From positions 195,238 through 259,237 of the forward strand of contig CAWACZ010000012.1 of the NCBI GenBank assembly GCA_963780685.1: a stretch of DNA of 64,000 nucleotides, read 5' to 3'. This DNA is from an uncultured Acidobacteriota bacterium (GTDB taxonomy: Bacteria; Acidobacteriota; Vicinamibacteria; Vicinamibacterales; CAVVIG01). This document shows, piece after piece, positions 61,031 to 64,000 of this stretch. Below the pieces are notes generated by a model, which had not been told where the DNA came from, searched no databases, and saw only the letters and a program-made list of their open reading frames with translations. A program made the position numbers and the translations under genes. Each line of letters begins with the position of its first letter. Within the stretch, counting starts at the first letter, position 1.

Positions 61031-64000
61031 TCAAATCGATCCTGCAAACGACGAAGCGAGAATTCGCCGCTCCAGGCTTCGGCTGTTCTGCGCGCGTGCC
61101 AGCTCGAGCCCCCGTCGCAGCATTCCTTCGCGATCCGGTGTCGACTCGAGCTCGCTCCTCTGGAGATACAGCGCGGGAAGCCACCACACGTCAGCCCGCT
61201 CGAGTGCCATGGTAATGGCGAGATCCAGAACGGAGGCCGTCCGATCCCGATTCCCGCCGAGGCTGTGCGTCTCGGCGAGCAACGACAGGTAGTACGGCCG
61301 GCGCGCCTGCGCGCGCTTTGCATCGAGCCGTTCGAGCGCCGACTCGATCGTCGCGATGCCGTCGGCGGGCCGTTCCTGTCCCTGCGCCCATCCAATAAGT
61401 ACCTGGGCCCAGTCGCCGTAATAGGCGAATCCGCACCGTTCGCACAGCGCCACAACCGATTCGGCGCAATCACGCACCCGGTCCACGTCGCGACGCATCT
61501 GATGAAGGAGACCGGCGTAGGCGAGCGCGAGCGTCTGGCTATATAGATGATCCAGTCGCCGAGCGAGCGCGACGCCCTCCTCGGCGTGCGCGAGGGCGGC
61601 GTCCTCGTCGCCGAGCAGCCACAGAGCGTGCGCGTACCAGGCGTGCGCGAACACACCAAGGTCCGATCCCAGGGCTGAGCGCTGCGGATGCCGCTCGTCA
61701 TACGCCGTCAGAGCCGCCTCGAAATGCTCGCGCGAGGCGTCGAGCTCGCCGACACTCGACAGGGTGCCGCCCATGGCGTGGTGCGCCTCGCAGCGGCACG
61801 ACGGATCCGCGCTGCTGCGCGCGAGCGCCTGCTCCGACACCTCGCGAGTGCCTTTCAAATCGCCGAGCATGTAGCGCATCGTGAACGCGACCCAGAGCCA
61901 ACGCACGGGCACGTCCCCGCGCCCGTCGGCGCGCGACAACGTGAACACGCGATTGAGATTCTCCTCGACCTCCGGCGCCGCATAGCCGCGCGCGGAATTC
62001 AGGGCCACCGAAAGGCTCGATCGCAGAGCCAGCTCCCGCTCGTCGCGATCCCGGCCCGCCGGGAGTCTCTCGAGCAGCGACAGCGCGTGCGTCAGACAAC
62101 GAATGGCTTCCTCGTTGGCCGACACGCGGGTCGCCACCGCGGCGGCACGCTCGAGAAATGGAACCGCGCGCGCCGGCTGACCGCCGCGATCGAGGTGCAC
62201 GGCGATCGAGGCGCTGACCTCGTCCAGACGATTGGCAAACAGCAATTCCATCCCTTGCGCGATTCGCCGGTGAATCAGGCGCCGGCGCGCGGGCCCGATT
62301 GCGCCGTACGCGACCTCGCGGATCCGGTCGTGGCTGAAATCCCACCGCTCTTCAGCCTGAACGCGGACGATATGACGCCGCCAGAGCTCGTCGAGCGCGC
62401 GGACGAGCGCGTCCTCCTCGAGGTCGCTGGCTTGCGCGAGAATGTCGAACCGGAAATCGCGCCCCAGCGCTGCCGCGACCTCGGCGGCCGCGCGCGCCTC
62501 GTCCGAGAGGAGCGCCAGTCGCGCGGCGACAACCGATTGGACTCGTGGCGGCGCGTTGTCAGCCGGGGCGGCCGGCTGCCTCGCCGGCTCCATGCGTCCG
62601 AGCTCCACGATGAACAGCGGATGACCTTCGGTCTCGCGAAAAGTGGTCGCCAGCGCCGCCTCGTCCAGCGGATGCTCGGCGACTGCTCCGGCCAATTCGG
62701 CAGTCGCCGACCGGTCGAGCGGGCCGAGTGTGATCGCGGTCATCAGGTCGTCTCGGTCGAGATGCACGAGCAGCCGTTCGAGTTGGGGATTGTCCTGCTC
62801 CTCTTCGGCGCGCACCGTGCCGACAACGAGGCAGCGGGGGTCGGCCGTCGACCTCAGGAAATACTGCAGCCATTCGATGGTGTCCGCGTCCACCCATTGC
62901 AGGTCGTCGACGACCAGGACGAGCGGCGCCGCCGAGCGGAATGTCTGCGCCAGCGCCTCGAAAAAGCGCACGCGCTGCCAGCTCTCGAGCTGGCGGTCGG
63001 GTTCCGGGACCTCGGGGCGTGCAGCAATCACCTCGGGACAAAGCCTGGCGACGTCCGTCAGCCAGGAGGCGTCGAGCCTCGTCAGCGTCGACTGCAGCGC
63101 CTCGCTCTTCAGCCAGGCAGCAATGGGTGCGTACGCCAGGCGTCCTTCGCCGGCATAACAACGGGCCGTCATCGCGCTGATGCTCTTGAGGCGGCACCAG
63201 TCGACCAGTTCTTCAGCGAGCCTGGTCTTGCCGATGCCTGCTTCACCGCGAATCAAGAAAAGCTGCGGCCTGCCGGTCGCGGCGTCGCGCCATGCGTCGA
63301 GCAGCGCGTGCCATTCGTCGTGGCGGCCGACGAGCGGATACACGGCCGTGCGCGGCAGTGCCGGGACGACAGGCGCCGCATCGTCGAGGTCGAGAATCTC
63401 TCTGTAGGTCATGCGCGTCGCCGCGCTTGGCTGGATTCCGAGTTCCTTCTTCAACAATGCGGCGCACTGCTGATAGAGGTGAAGTGCAGTGGGACGCTCG
63501 CCGCGGCGCGCGTGACACCGCATCAGCGCACACCAGGCCGGTTCGTCGAGCGCGTCGAGGCGCAGCAGCTGCTGCGCATGCTCGATCGCCTCCCCAAAGG
63601 CCCGATCTCGCTCCAGTACCTCGACAAGGCGCGTCAGGACTGCCCTTGCGCGCTGGCGGAGACGTTCCCGGTCGGCCTCAATCCATTCGCCCGTGCAGTC
63701 GGGCAGGAGATCGCCTTTGTACACATCGGCGGCTTGCTCGAGCGACGCACGATCTCCCTGGAGGCCGCGGTCGGCGGCGGCCTCGAAGGTAACCACATCC
63801 ACGGACGCGAGGGCCTCTCCGCACCACCTGAGTGTCCGCGAGCCTGCATCGACGAGGGCGTCGAGCTCGGGCCATCCTTCCCGCAGATGGTGCAGCTCGC
63901 GGCGGAGGTTGGTCAGCGCCTGTGGATTGCTCGATTCCGGCCAGAATGAACCTGCGATCTGCTGGCGTTGGATCGGAGCGCTGCGGGCATGGAGAACCAG
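61031..64000 (-). CDS. SARP/BTAD-type transcriptional regulator with AAA ATPase and TPR region, continues beyond the window end
   Basis: reverse strand to the window end reads NPQALTNLRRELHHLREGWPELDALVDAG...; BTAD YKGDLLPDCTGEWIEADRERLRQRARAVL; LFLIRGEAGIGKTRLAEELVD. Confidence 0.9.
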   Translation of the reverse strand: MVLHARSAPIQRQQIAGSFWPESSNPQALTNLRRELHHLREGWPELDALVDAGSRTLRWCGEALASVDVVTFEAAADRGLQGDRASLEQAADVYKGDLLPDCTGEWIEADRERLRQRARAVLTRLVEVLERDRAFGEAIEHAQQLLRLDALDEPAWCALMRCHARRGERPTALHLYQQCAALLKKELGIQPSAATRMTYREILDLDDAAPVVPALPRTAVYPLVGRHDEWHALLDAWRDAATGRPQLFLIRGEAGIGKTRLAEELVDWCRLKSISAMTARCYAGEGRLAYAPIAAWLKSEALQSTLTRLDASWLTDVARLCPEVIAARPEVPEPDRQLESWQRVRFFEALAQTFRSAAPLVLVVDDLQWVDADTIEWLQYFLRSTADPRCLVVGTVRAEEEQDNPQLERLLVHLDRDDLMTAITLGPLDRSATAELAGAVAEHPLDEAALATTFRETEGHPLFIVELGRMEPARQPAAPADNAPPRVQSVVAARLALLSDEARAAAEVAAALGRDFRFDILAQASDLEEDALVRALDELWRRHIVRVQAEERWDFSHDRIREVAYGAIGPARRRLIHRRIAQGMELLFANRLDEVSASIAVHLDRGGQPARAVPFLERAAAVATRVSANEEAIRCLTHALSLLERLPAGRDRDERELALRSSLSVALNSARGYAAPEVEENLNRVFTLSRADGRGDVPVRWLWVAFTMRYMLGDLKGTREVSEQALARSSADPSCRCEAHHAMGGTLSSVGELDASREHFEAALTAYDERHPQRSALGSDLGVFAHAWYAHALWLLGDEDAALAHAEEGVALARRLDHLYSQTLALAYAGLLHQMRRDVDRVRDCAESVVALCERCGFAYYGDWAQVLIGWAQGQERPADGIATIESALERLDAKRAQARRPYYLSLLAETHSLGGNRDRTASVLDLAITMALERADVWWLPALYLQRSELESTPDREGMLRRGLELARAQNSRSLERRILASSFAGSI

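Noticed and set aside
1-64000. CRISPR array, prophage, retron or defence island
   Set aside because: No regularly spaced repeats, no cas, integrase, terminase, portal or reverse transcriptase motifs seen; HicAB is the only TA-like element.
1-64000. tRNA or rRNA genes, including tRNA-Sec
   Set aside because: None recognised by eye; a tRNAscan/Aragorn run would be needed to exclude them formally.

Overview
The window is a high-GC bacterial chromosomal segment. Its gene content (ADOP-type permease with PadR, many Ser/Thr kinases, DUF1592/DUF1552, TonB receptor with carboxypeptidase-like domain) suggests Acidobacteriota/Vicinamibacteria-like origin; that is inference. Main gene blocks: (1) ADOP permease + PadR, a HicAB pair, and MarR divergent from a TonB receptor. 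(2) A minus-strand operon with a NarK-like transporter fused to a membrane redox domain, a NasC/NapA-like molybdopterin oxidoreductase, a 4Fe-4S protein, a Rieske protein, a small membrane protein and a cupin. (3) Ser/Thr kinases, ArsR/AHSA1, DUF4159, DUF1592/DUF1552/ankyrin, secreted proteins, MBL hydrolase, amidohydrolases, LLM oxidoreductase, a beta-propeller protein and a carboxylesterase. (4) A redox/metal-detoxification island at about 38.4-54.4 kb. (5) A PPTase, an amidohydrolase, a cupin and a SARP/BTAD-AAA regulator. The most notable result is in the 38-48 kb island. Three separate genes carry an in-frame UGA exactly where their families have a conserved Cys, each with a compact hairpin 17-23 nt downstream that fits the bacterial SECIS rules (G or GU at the start of the apical loop). 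They are an ArsM/UbiE-like methyltransferase (LWTG-U-IAGALLEAEL), a secreted peroxiredoxin (AFSPA-U-TAECKSL) and an HMA-domain lipoprotein at the 3' end of a CusCBA-like efflux operon (VDGMI-U-EGC). The supplied ORF track splits or misses all three. I read this as a cluster of selenoproteins not annotated by normal gene calling. No selA/B/C/D is visible in the window. Many other genes have single-base frameshifts, especially at 20.1-25.5 kb, which could be assembly indels or pseudogenes; several truncated gene stubs are also present.
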